DNA of 45,849 nucleotides, the filler included, from Jimgerdemannia flammicorona (lineage: Eukaryota), in assembly GCA_003990765.1 (NCBI GenBank). It is 2 parts of 2 records of this genome, joined end to end, with 100 filler letters (N's around TTAATTAATTAA, not from the genome) between each part and the next. Parts side by side here need not be neighbours in the genome. Positions count along the whole stretch, not along the records: positions 22,979 to 45,849 come from RBNJ01001191.1; 1 more part is not named here. The stretch is one strand, 5' to 3'. A program made the translations under genes and the position numbers. Below are positions 24,075 to 36,989 of this stretch, in pieces. The notes below the pieces were generated by a model that was given only the letters and a program-made list of their open reading frames with translations, ran no database searches and was not told where the DNA came from. Positions within the stretch are counted from its first letter, which is position 1. Every line of letters starts with the position of its first letter.

Positions 24075-24753
24075 CTGTATATACGTATCAAGCAATGTTT
24101 ATTACAGAGGAAGCCAAACTATCATTTGTATTCAGCATTTTTTTCATCTGACTACTTGAGATGAATAAGGTAAATAGTTAAATATTAAAAGAAGAATAAA
24201 CTAAAATATCAACAACAAAATAATGTACAAATAATAATGTGAGCTTCAGAGTGAAACTGGAGATATAGAAATTTAGAGAGTGTTTCTTATCTGTAAAGAT
24301 TTGTTATTTTTCTAAAAAAAAAAAAAAAAGCTGTTCACTACTAAACGAAATCCTTACGACCTCGCCCGTTTACGTGCTTCGTCATTGTTGTTCTTCCTTT
24401 CCCAATAACCCCTGCATTAACAAATAGAATTCTGTCATTTCCAATCTACGTTCATTTTTTTTTAAAAATAGTACATTGGAGAAGAATCTGCATAGAGAGG
24501 TTTTAGCATAGAGGGATTGAGATCATAGGCATAAAGATTCTCGTAACACGTGCCTAATTAACCAAAGATATTTTTGGCTATTGTATGGACAATAGCGCGT
24601 CGTAAATGTAGCTTCTATATGTATACCCAATTGAATCTATATCGTCTAATAAAATTTCTTACAATTTTCAACTTATTTTAACCGTTGACGCAGTTACGCA
24701 GTATATTGTGGGTAAATGGCCGAAATACTTGATGGTTGACCTTGGCAGCATTA

Positions 24754-25225
24754 TTATTTACGTCCATAGTGACGCCAAATATACATCGTCGCACGATTTT
24801 CGTTGTTGCGGTAGCTGAGCTCTTCCTCGATCTCTTGGACGGTTTCTTCGTATTCATCGTTACCAATTCCTAGCGCAGCAGTTATCAATGGCCTTGTCGC
24901 CCTCGAGACGGTCACATAATTCTGTGAATAAAAACAGATACCGGATGTCAGTCAGCGAAGAACGCAGCTGATTCACAAGTACACTTGTCGTTGTGACATT
25001 ACTAACCTTAGCGAGCGCCTCACCGAGTGCGTGATCAGGGTCCCAACCAAGCCGCCACATATCTGTCGCTGTCACCACATTTTGAATTCCGGCCTCGGAC
25101 AATACGCTGGGGTCTGACATGAATTGGTCATTCACACCTCGAAAACAAGAAAATGTCAAGACTGTATTTTATGGAAGACAAGAAAAAAAAAAAAAAAAAA
25201 AAAAATAAAAAAAAATTTTTTATGG

Positions 25226-25262
<37 letters not shown>

Positions 25263-26179
25263 ATTGTCAGTTTACGCATTTCTAATGGCGGCCCTCAATA
25301 ATTTACCCAGGCTGGGAAATCGTAGTGTACATACGCCAATCGACCTGCCTTGTCGTTGCAGGCCCGCCGTTGCGCGGAAAGGAACCTTCCACTAGACAGA
25401 TTGATATTAAAATTAGGATCATTGTAGGGGAATTTACCGTTTGACAAAACCCGACGCATCATTAACTTTACTTACGTAGCTCAATATACCCTCCAGGTTT
25501 CGTAACCCGAACGATCTCCCTCAAAACGCGAGGCCACATTTCCGCTGTGAAGCACATCGACTGGGCCCTTTGAAAGACGAAATCGAATGACCCGTCTGGG
25601 AATGGCAGTCCCTTGAAGGTGTCAGCTTTCAGAAACGAGCAGTTGGGCGGGATAGTGCTGGTTTCGTTTGCGAAAATATCGATAATGTCGGTACCGATGA
25701 AAGTAGAATTGGGAAACTCTCGAGCGAGGTCCTGTAGATCAGGCATTAATTTAGTTAGAGCCGTTTTGACGTGATGACAAAATCGGAGACTTGTATATAC
25801 AAATGAGGTTGGGCAGAATACTCACGATAGACCATATTCCTGTACCGCATCTGTGTTGAACATTGAAGGGTTAGTTTCCTAGGCCGTAAGCTAGTTTGGA
25901 ACACTGCCATTCCTGACCCGCAAAACCTACCCCACATCAAGGACCTTGATTCCCCGCTCTAGATCGTTGGTGACTGGCGACAGATAATTGCTACGTAAAC
26001 GTAATTAATACAATTAATTAATTAATTAGTTACGTATTACAAGAACACGAGGAGAAAATGGGGTTCATAAATTCGGGGGCGCCTTACCATTGTAACTGGT
26101 AGCTGGTGAGAGCAAAAATACGGGCGAAAATTATTAGTCTCAATGATAATATGTTGTCATATCATTTTTTTTTTTTTTT

Positions 26180-26211
<32 letters not shown>

Positions 26212-26595
26212 CACTACAATTTATATCTAAAATGTTGTGATATAAAAAAACTATGCACGTGCAAATGAGTGTATGACAAAATGTCAGCAAGATGGCTCTT
26301 ACCGAAGTAAGTAGTGCTGTGTGTTCAACCGAATGTATTCTGACTTATCGTTTGGCAGAGGGTAGATGGGATTTCCTGATTTTTTAAAAACACGTCCGTC
26401 GTTGAGCTCAGTGTCTGACGGAATGGGGTCACCAAACTCATCGGTTGTAGGGCGTGTAAATTGCATATCAAGAGTGGTCAGTTCGAAAGATATTTTCCAG
26501 AACTTCTCTGACGGGCTTGAGTTCTTATATCTTGAGGATCGTCGTGGATCTAACGTTGGGCTTGGCTTTTGAACTCCGAGCCGAACAGGCTGCAT
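24754..26595 (-). CDS. SAM-dependent methyltransferase (fungal LaeA/TAM-like class I), ~7 exons
   Basis: YPLPNDKSEYIRLNTQHYLLR / NYLSPV...KVLDVG / CGTGIWSI / DLAREFPNSTFIGTDI...GLPFPDGSFDFVFQR...RVTKPGGYIEL / ...RHYGRK*. GT-AG introns, including a ~15-nt microexon near 26089-26103. Confidence 0.92.
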
Positions 26596-28644
26596 AGCCG
26601 AAACCCTTAATGGAAACACGCGCAGCCACGAGGGCCACGCGTAAGCGTCGTAAAATTCAACTTTTTCTCCGAGCGTATGGATTTTTTTGACGATTGAGGA
26701 ATAACTTCCCAAACTAATATGGAGTCGAGACCACGTCGAGGCCACGCCGAGATCACCAGAAATTCGTTGTAAGACTTCGCTTTGGTGCCGAGTGTCACGC
26801 GAAATAGCGTCATAACACTAGCGAATGCAAAAACCTGTTCAGGGGCGTTAGGGGGAGAGACAAAAACTATAACTTGACTTATTATGTCACTTAGGAGAGT
26901 AAGAAATTCCTTTTTGCGTTAGCCAGTAAGGAGTACTCGCCGTCAATTCGTGCTGCCGATTACGAAATCATCACAGCAAATCTATTTGGCTACCTCCATG
27001 ACCGCAATTGTGGGACAATTCGATTTTGTTGTGGACTGATCAGTGAATTGGGATCGACAGTAACTCGGTAAAATGAATAATAATAAATTGCCTTTCGGCG
27101 AACTTCGGTTTGCTTCATTGCTTATCCATAATCCATAGACTGTCTTGATTTCCTCCGACGTCGCCGGCTGCTTTTGAAACTTCTCAGCCTCAAATCATGG
27201 GATGATTGCCACCAGATTATCGCGGAATCGCTTGTTGAAGAATAAAATATCTCATACGCTTGTTACATGTTACTCACGGTCTCTTCCCATAGGTATCGCC
27301 GAAAAGCAATTTTATTTATAGGCCGTCTTATGAGCCGTTTGTGGGGGGAGGGATCCTAGATCCGGAGTGTGAGGGGTCTTCAGAGTGAGTGTTAGTGCAC
27401 CCACTGTTGGTTGGTAGGAATGTTTCGCTTACAAAAGGACGGCAGACGGGATTGAATAATTGTTCACCGCTCTTAAATTAGATGGGAACACTTTATTCAT
27501 CGGTATCAATGTGTTCTGAGATGTCCACATTATATCACAAATGTGAACTTCGCAAAAAAATTGAGAGTTCACGTATCATTCGGAACTGTCCAAAGGTGGC
27601 GCGCAATCACATGAGATTGCAACCAGCAGCGCAGTGGCGACAGGTGGCATCCTGGGTATTGTACCAATTGTCTTTGTATCAAATGGAAGTGGAAACTGCT
27701 GGCCATCCTGACGTTCAGTAGCGAATCGTCCATTCGTCAAAGAATTTTTTCAGGCCGATACTGATTTGGTAATGACTCTGTTTGAGGAACTAATTTCACC
27801 CAGGATATGACGGACGCTCACGGTCATGAACGTCGAGGAACTCTATTTCAGCGACGCATAGGCAGTCCTGCTACACGACATTCAGAAAACTCCAAATTGG
27901 CATACGAGGTACAAACTGCGTTGGCGCAGGAGCGTATGTCGTGCACACCTTTCCTTTGCTGACAGTTGTCTTCATCTTCATCTATATGGAATGCTTTCAG
28001 GTTTTTATCTCTTGACTGTTGGTACTTGACTTTTGTAGCACTTATGTCACCTCTCTGGGAAGGATCACGCTTCCAGCCTTCGTGCTCCAAATAACCTTTT
28101 GTGGCCTGTGCCGAACGTGTCAGTGAGGCTTGTGAGGGTTCCACTGCCACCAAAAACCGGTTAGCATGATAAGGTAAAATCCCCCAGCTGCATGATATCC
28201 CGGTTTGGCCAAAATTTAATTACACGATAACTCTAAGTCGCACGTTCGTGAGGTTGAAGTTCCTCTTACATCGTAGAAACAGTGTTGCGTGAAACTCGAA
28301 GCGCCGTTATTGGTTTATGGGAGAGCGAGGAACCGAGCTCGTATGTTGTTTATTAATAAAATACAACGAAGTCATAATTATGCAGTCTGGACCATGGAAA
28401 TTGAGTCATAACTGTAATCAAACGTTACATGTTTATGTAATTACAAAGAGTGAGAACACCAATGCCGTACTGGCAAAGTGACTGGCAACTGGATGTTGCG
28501 ACAAACCGATAGTGGGCATCCACGTCAATATCTTCAGGCGACTTAATTAGAAGTTCTGCAAGTTTTCTGTAGATGGGCTCTGAGTCAGGCTAGCAGTTTC
28601 CGAGCCAATGGGTCTGTCTTAGGCGTTGATTTATTGCAGGAGTC

Positions 28645-28703
<59 letters not shown>

Positions 28704-28707
28704 GTTT

Positions 28708-28756
<49 letters not shown>

Positions 28757-29831
28757 GAGGCGGGTTTAAATATGTTGATTTTCCGGCTCCCTTTTCTCTT
28801 CTCTAACGAAGGGCGCTGCCTAGGAAGTTGTCAGTACATATCTAGTAAGTAGATTACTAGGTAATTTTGTCTATGAGGATGATAAAAGATTTCTCTCTAA
28901 TGGTCTTTATCTTTTAGTTATTTATAGATATCTACAGATAAATATAAAGATATAAATATAGATTATAGATACAAATTTGATTTTGGCTGCAAGATTAATA
29001 TACTTTTACTATATATTGTTATATCTATATTTACTATATCTATAATTATTAGTTCTGTTTATGGCTTTACTCTCTTTACTTATCTTATTAATTTTTATAT
29101 ATATACAATAATAAGGTTTACTTACTAATTAGATAGATTTTTATAAAATACTAATATATTTAAATATTTATAATTACTTACTATTTAATTATTTTAGTTT
29201 ATTACTTTTAAGAGAACATTAGTTTATATTTTATTTAATATTAGATAAACTATAAATAACTACAGAATACCTATCTCATATTAATAAAATTGTAGTTTCT
29301 TAAGTGATTTTTATCTACAAAATATCCACTTATACTGATATTTGTTTGAAATGTTTGACTGTTTAAAGGATGTAATATCAGTGGACGTTAAATATATTAA
29401 ATTATTGATTAAGAAATCGTGGCAAAAACGAGAATGACACTTGCCGAGTTGCAGACCAACGAGCGATTGCTGGTTGGATCTCGAATAGTGGACGGGATGA
29501 TGCGAATAATGCGGAATTGCAGATAATGGGGATAATGTATGCAGCTAATTGTTATGTTCGTTTGGAGCACTATGGCCAAGTCACATGATCTTGTCGGGTA
29601 GGTTTATTTTCAAAGCGCAGCTTTTGACTCTCTCGACCTCTGCACCCTCGATCTTCAACATACCTCGGAAATAAGATTTCCAAGGTATGTTGGGGTGGCG
29701 GGTCCCTTTATTTCAGAGATATGTTTATTTCGATTTCAGATTAGCACAAAACGTATGCAGGCTGAATGTTGCTGTCGTGCAAGTAGTACTCTAACAACAC
29801 TAGCCTTATTGAAGTAACCCACTGCACTCAC

Positions 29832-30425
29832 TTAAAACATTCCAAGCTCAAACTGCCTTCGACCCCTGCTACTGAGGAGGGTCGAACTTTTTGTCGGATG
29901 CCTGAGGCTCGCGATCGAGAGGGGACTGGCCCTGAGAAGGAGAAGAGTAAAGCGAGGAAGGTTCGCTGGTTTGCAGGTCGTGTGGGTTGCGGACCGGGAG
30001 GAGGTGCGGGTTGGTGGTGTGAATGTGTGTTTGTAGCTTGCGTGAGGATGTGGAACAGAGTACAACAGATTCCCTTTCCTTACACATGCAGATCGAGGAC
30101 TCGCAACGCCATCTCGCACCCGCGGAGAAGGCGATGGGTCTTCGTTGACCAAAACGGGATTTCTGTCCTGGTATGCTGGGTCTTTCGGATTGCCGCGTTG
30201 GTCGATGATTACAATGGGTTTCGAGCGGTTGATGCGATGATCGATAATAACGGCGCTGTTGCCGTTGCGCTCCCCGCGGAAGAAGATCACGGGCGGGTCG
30301 CCCAGCGGCGCCAACTCGCGGTTGACCAGGATTATGGGGGCAGGGCGCAGGTGGTGGATGTTGACGGCAAGCACAGGCGGGCTGTCATAGCCATCGAAGG
30401 TGTCTGACTCTGAAACGGCGGCCAT
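29832..30425 (-). CDS. Hypothetical protein with repeated P-x-hydrophobic stretches (3' part may be spliced)
   Basis: ATG-initiated, CpG-rich island like the neighbouring host genes; PVLAVN, PIILVN, PVIFFR, AVIIDHR, PIVIIDQR, PVLVNE. Confidence 0.5.
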   Translation of the reverse strand: MAAVSESDTFDGYDSPPVLAVNIHHLRPAPIILVNRELAPLGDPPVIFFRGERNGNSAVIIDHRINRSKPIVIIDQRGNPKDPAYQDRNPVLVNEDPSPSPRVRDGVASPRSACVRKGNLLYSVPHPHASYKHTFTPPTRTSSRSATHTTCKPANLPRFTLLLLRASPLSIASLRHPTKSSTLLSSRGRRQFELGMF

Positions 30426-30887
30426 TCGTGTTGTGGGTGGGGGGAATGGGTTACACGTTAAATAGTTTTGTTATGCAGTAGCGGTGGTGCGGTCATTGTT
30501 AACTCACCCTCCACCCTAGAGATTCATAAAAGCAGCAACAATTGATTGTCTTATTCATGCTGCAGCATTTCATCTTGTTTTTGTTTTGATCAAACCCTTT
30601 GCTTAGATTAATCCTGTATTAAATTTACTCAGAGCCGTTAACAATACTAATATATAATGCATTTATTGCGCAAAATGGGTGGGAGAAACTACTTTTTTAA
30701 CTATTTAATAATTTCCATTTTGTTATTTTGTAAACTATTTTCTGCTCTTATAGCTTGACAACGCTAATGCGATAAAACCCCCGACTATACAAAACTTTTA
30801 ATACGAGAACCATGTAATTATAATCCGCCCGCGAAATTCAAATACATCGCTCACTCACGCGTGCACAACGCGATCGTAATCACCCAT

Positions 30888-31536
30888 CTACTGGATGATG
30901 ATACTCCTACCCCCGGTAGCCTCGGTCTTGGGCACGCGAACCTCGAGGACGCCCTGGTCGAATTTTGCTTGGGTGTCGTCGGCCTTGATGTTTTGCGGTA
31001 GGGGGATGGTGCGGGAGAAGGCACCGTAGCGACGTTCACGAACGCGGGCGCTACCTTGGTTGTAGTCTTGGTTCTCCTCGTGGTTGCCGGAGATGATGAG
31101 TTGTTGTTCGCGGATGTCGAGCTTCACCTTATCCTTGGGGACACCCTGTTGAGAGAGAAGAAAGTATGAGGAGAGAGTCCAGAGCAACGCAAAGAAACTA
31201 TTCTTTGATAATAAATCTCGCAAACATAGGCAATAGACTGCGTACCGGTAATTCGGCATGGATGACCAGATCTTTGTCGGTCTCAGTTACATCGATAGAA
31301 GGAGCCCAACCACTAGCCGTGGCGCCACGACCGAAGATACTGCGAGGAGTGGCATTGAGGTCTTGGAAGAAGGCTGCATGTAACGGACGGGGAGACCGAG
31401 GATAAAACGTGAGTGATGTTAAACAATTATATGTGTTTCCGGATGCAAATACTTGAGTGAAAAACTAACCATCGAAGATGTTGTTGACGCCGCGCTCAAG
31501 GCGGCGGAAGTCAGGATCATAACCAATGATGGACAT
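30888..31536 (-). CDS. Small heat-shock protein (HSP20/alpha-crystallin), 3 exons
   Basis: MSIIGYDPDFRRLERGVNNIFD / AFF...WAPSIDVTETDKDLVIHAELP / GVPKDKVKLD...RERRYGAFSRTIPLP...AKFDQGVLEVRVPK. Confidence 0.96.
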
Positions 31537-31629
31537 GTTTGACGTGTAAGCGGTGGGGCAGAGAGTTGTTTTAAGATGGGTTTGCGTTCAATGCTTGCTG
31601 GGTGCTGGTTGAGAAGGCAAGGCGTCTGG

Positions 31630-31765
31630 TGATTTATATATCTACGCTGCGTCAATGCCACATAGGCTTGGACTTTCGAGGGCTCCGATCTGCAGAAATG
31701 GCGTGATCTGCTTCTTGCCAAACGCCAGATTTTTTCTCGATATGTATATATTTCTCGGAACTCTA
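31630..31765 (-). promoter_or_regulatory. HSP20 promoter: TATA box and possible heat-shock elements
   Basis: Minus-strand TATATAAAT ~100 bp upstream of the ATG; imperfect TTC..GAA units at ~31730-31762. Confidence 0.5.
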
Positions 31766-33353
31766 TGCCATTACGTATGTGCCTCATCACTCTGACGTCA
31801 TGGAGACGTCTGCAATTTATTTAATTATAAAAAACTGTTAAATTCATATCCCTTAGATCGTTTAATATTAAATTTGAACGAAATATAATGTTAATTATGA
31901 ATTTATAAATATATATATTCATAAAAAATCGAAAAAGAAATTTTATTAAGTAACTTAAATATAAAAAAATTATCAAGAATATACATATATAATAGCATAC
32001 AAATTTATATGTTGTGCTAATGATCTAGGGGATATATTACATAAAAAATTAAAATATATTTTATAACAAAACTGGATATCTATTATAATAAGAATAATAG
32101 TAATAAATAAGATTAAAAAGTTCGGAGTTTGGTACTGTAATAATGTTATAGTAAAGTATATAAATATAAATATTAAAAGTGACTGATGAAAAGCCAGAGC
32201 AAATAAAATGTACAAAAAACATTACGAAAGCCGATATAAATAATTGAGACCTACCCTAGTGTGGGTATTTGTGCTGCCAATCTTCATGAAGATATATTGA
32301 TTGTCCAATACGCCCCTTCATTCGCTGGGTGCCACATATCTAGGTTGCGCTCCAAGGCTCACAGTCAATTCATTCAAATTATATCTCGATGCATACGCGC
32401 CGTTTGGCGAATATTCACGACAAACCGGAAAAATAACTTGCCGTGATGAAAAGTTACAATATGCAGCCAGCCGAAAATTGGGTAATGGCGAAATGATATC
32501 TCACGATTCATACTCATACGCAGATCTGCATACAAAAGATGATTGAGGGGCCAAAAGTGATAATCCTCCTAGTAGGCTGTAGGCTGGTTTCTTCATCTTT
32601 CGTGAAAACTCAAATGCACTTTTAGTCTGTAGGTAGCGCTGCTATCCAATGATCTTAACGAACGAAGGAGAGACCACACATTTTCTATTTGTAAGAGTCC
32701 AAATAATTATACCACAACCCCCACAAACCCCCAAATGCAAAACCAAACACACCTCGCAGGTTTAATTGGTTTGGACATTGACGGTGGTGTCGAGTTGTTC
32801 CTTCAAAATCTTGATACTAAAGGCATACACACTCCGAGTCATAAGAGAAATTCGATCCGCCTTTCGACGAGCGCTGGCAATGCCGTCAGAGAGCTGAACG
32901 ACCTCCCTCCATAAGGCTATTATCTCCTCGGCGGTCGTCAGTTATGTGGTGGCCAACCACCTCCATGACCACGTCATTATTGTCCTCGGCTGTCGAGGAT
33001 TATGTGCCCAACCCGTTTTAGAAGAGGTGGCTCATGACTCATAATTAGTAAATTGATACCAATTTTCTATTTTGGATTTTGCCATTATGCTGCTCCATCA
33101 TGCAGAATCCATTAACCATTAATTAACTTTCGATCGAGATTCGCCTTCTTCATGGTTGGTGTTTTGTTTCGCAGTAGCTCTTATGTTTTTTTTTGTATAT
33201 TTATTCGCTCGTTTTATTATACAAGCAAATTTTGCATCGTTGAGAACATACTTTCATATGCGGAGAATCTTTTAAGTAACGGGGTTTGAATGATAAAAAA
33301 TAAGACTGTCAGGGATTCACTGCGATATTCGATGTTGATGCAATTTTTCGAAG

Positions 33354-34882
33354 TCATGCTCCGAACTTCACAGCTTCCTCACCACCCGCTTCTGCGCGCT
33401 TCAACGTATCGGCATGATCAAGGAGTAACAAACATGCTGGATAACCCACAAATTCTTTGATGATATCCTCTTCCAAACGCTGAACGTCGCCGCCGCCGCC
33501 ACTCTGAATGTTTAACCGGGACTGGACTTCCTCCGGAAATACGACCTCAACTAGAGGCCTAAGATATTCAATAAACGACATCCCCATGCGATTGAATTCC
33601 AAGCGAGGATCCCACCGGGTAGAGATGAGCCGTCCGTTTCAATGTTTCCATTGCCAGCTCCATATTCCCCTCCCCGTTGATACCCTCAATGGTGAATATG
33701 CGACAAAATTGGTTTCCGCGATTTACCATACGTCTCAAAATGCTGTTCACCTCAACAAGCTCTTTTTTATGTCCGGAAAATGTCGACGTGGAAAAGATTG
33801 ACTCGAGAATGTTGGGGAGAATGTAGAGTTTGACCGTAGACTTGCCCTCTTTGCACTTGAACGCGGACAAGTAGAGTACCATGCCTCCAGGGATTGCCGC
33901 ACGTCGTCGTGATCCTGGAGGGATACGCGTGCCCTCCACATCGCCATTTCGACTGTGACCGGTGAGGAACTGGTATAATTTGGACTCGAACTCGCGCGCG
34001 AGATCGTCTGGCAAGCAGTTGGAACCGATAGTGTATGGGACGCCGTTCTCGTAAAGGGTTCGGGCAACATCGAAGGCGAGCTGCATGTTTTGAAACATGC
34101 TGGCAAGGCGTAAAATATCAATTAATTCGTGTTTTCTATTCTCGTTATGAGGGCTTTTGCATTGTCCTTCTTCCCAGTGTCCCACGAAATGAAGCACTAT
34201 GGTCTCGGAATTGTTAATAAGTAACGCGTACATTTGATCGACGGTTGGCGGGAACGCGCGCTCCAATATTACCTTTTTGTTGTTGGTGTAGTAGCTGTTG
34301 ATAAAGTTCTGGAACTGATCGCGCAAATGCAAGTCGGGAAGATTCGCATCGGAATCATTTAAGATGATGGGATCCGGTACAATGGCGACAATGTGTGGCA
34401 GAAGTTTCGGTAGCTGAAGCTCCCTCCGTTGGTGCACTCGTGCAAAAATGCACATGTATTCCCAAGGGATGATGTCGAGGTCGCCGTCGCCGTTGAGCTC
34501 GGGCAGGACCCGACCTTGAGCTGGGGTATTTCCTTTAGCCGCTGCCGAGCGAGGCTGGATTTTTTTTGGCGCTAAACAATGTCTTGGCATACTTTCTGAG
34601 GTACCCTTTTGGAGAAGACGTCGATTGCGATAGGTCGACCGTTTTGGCATTCTCTCAGGTCAAAGGAGTGACAGTCAACTCTTTCGGACTGGGTATCGCT
34701 GCAGACGGATACGCGGACGTAGGCTCTGATCTGGCTCTCGTTGTTGCGCTTGGTGTACTTTGACAAAGATAATTGCATGTATGATGAAGGTAGGTGATCT
34801 TTGGTGGCAATTTTGAAAGTCTCGGTGCGGATACCTGTGGTAAATCGCGTTCTACTAGCATTCTATCCCACCCCACCATCAT
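33354..34882 (-). pseudogene. CHAT (caspase-like) domain fused to NB-ARC/STAND P-loop; NLR-like, frameshifted
   Basis: CHAT: GDGDLDIIPWEYM, IVLHFVGHW, GVPYTIG...DDLAREFESKLY. NTPase: FSGHKKEL, RIFTIEGINGEGNMELA (decayed Walker A) and LLLLDHAD (Walker B, after a frameshift). Confidence 0.75.
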
Positions 34883-35418
34883 CCTTCAACACACATTTGA
34901 GCAATTTGATGCAATTGTTATGAGTACGAATAATTATCATATATATATGTCCGCATCCAGACAGAACTCAACACTGTGGTAAATCTCTTGATAATCATAA
35001 GTGTGCATTTTAATTTCACTATATTGTTTTGGTGCTGCCAAAAAATACCTCCTATAATTGAATACTTTTATTAATAGAATCCTTACATACATGAGTAGAA
35101 TGATCAGTATTAAGAGCATTTTTTGGCTGATATCATAATTATCTAAAACTACTATAATATTTTAATATTGGCAAAGTTAATTTTATAATACTCAAATATC
35201 CGCAGAAGTTCAAAGTCATCAAGTTTTACATTCTATTAATATATATACTTTGGAATTATATAAATAAAAAAAGAAATCACTTCTTTTATAAATATTTTTC
35301 TTATATTATTATATCAAATTAAAGAACTCCTAATTTAATATATATATATATATTCTTTCTCTTATATTGTCTGTAGTCTTGACTAACCTAATTTAATCTA
35401 TCTTTTATCTAAAGATCG

Positions 35419-35775
<357 letters not shown>

Positions 35776-36630
35776 TCTTACCCATCTAGCCCATCTTGCC
35801 TACCTATGTTGCTTGTGTTGCTATCTTGCCATCTTGTCCATCTTGCCCATCTTACCTGTCTTGCCCATCTTGCCTGCCTATGTTGCCCATGTTGCCTGTG
35901 TTGCCCATATTGCCTATATTGCCCACCTGTATTGTCTGTGTTGCCCATCTTGCCCATCTTGCCCATCTTGCCTGTATTGCCCATCTTATCCATCTTACTC
36001 ATCTTACCCATCTTGCCCATCTTGCCTGCCCATATTGCCTATGTTACCCATATTGCCTATATTGCCCATGTTGCCCATGTTATCTGTTTTATCTGTTTTG
36101 CCTGTTTTGCCCATCTTGCCCATATTGTCTGTCTTGCTGTCTGCCCATCTTGTCCATATCACCCTTCTTACTATCTTATCTGTCTTGCCCATCTTGCCCA
36201 CCCATGTTGCCTATATTGCCTGTGTTGCCCATGTTGTCTATATTGCCTGTATTGCCCATGTTGTCTGTTTTGCCTGTGTTGCCTGCCTGTATTACCCATA
36301 TTGCCCATATTGCCCACCTATGTTGCCTGTGTTACCTGTGTTGCCTATATTGTCCACCTATGTTGCCTGTGTTGCCCATGTTGCCCATTTTGCCCATTTT
36401 GCCCATTTTGCCCATTTTGCCCATCTTGCCCATGTCACCTGTCTTGCTGTCTGCCCATCTTGTCATCTTGCCATCTTGCCCATCTTACCCATCTTGCCTA
36501 TCTTGCCTGCCTGTATTGCCCATGTTGCCTGTGTTGCCAATGTTGCCTATATTGCCTGTGCTGCCCATATTGCCCATATTGCCCATATTGTCCACATTGC
36601 CCATATTGCCCATGTTGCCCATGTTGCCTG
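35776..36630. repeat. 9-bp-unit minisatellite (ttgcccatN / ttgcctgtN), ~850 bp
   Basis: Directly visible tandem units. Confidence 0.95.
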
Positions 36631-36897
36631 TGGACTACCAAACTATTGTGACCAGTAAGGTAGCAGAGAAAGGGGCATCAAACTTCTTATCTTTAACTGT
36701 CTTGTTATCTCTTAGATTGCTTGTAAGGAAGTGTGTATAAGTAAACTTAACTGACTTTATTTCAGAGGAAATAAGATGGATATTTATACAAAATATAATT
36801 CAATGGTTATTAAGATATAAAGTTAAATATAAATTCCAATAACTAAAATAAAATGCCAGGACAGGAAAAATTACTAAGTTTCAGAGTCGGCACTGAT

Positions 36898-36943
<46 letters not shown>

Positions 36944-36989
36944 GTCACTTGGACTCTTCCTTTATTATACCCATCTATCTCATATAATT

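Noticed and set aside
29898..30407. 169-aa + strand ORF
   Set aside because: It looks like an antisense shadow of the minus-strand ORF, though this is not excluded without expression data.
35796..36740. Cys/Pro/His-rich 281-314 aa ORFs as metallothionein-like proteins
   Set aside because: They are translations of a stop-free 9-bp minisatellite in all three frames.
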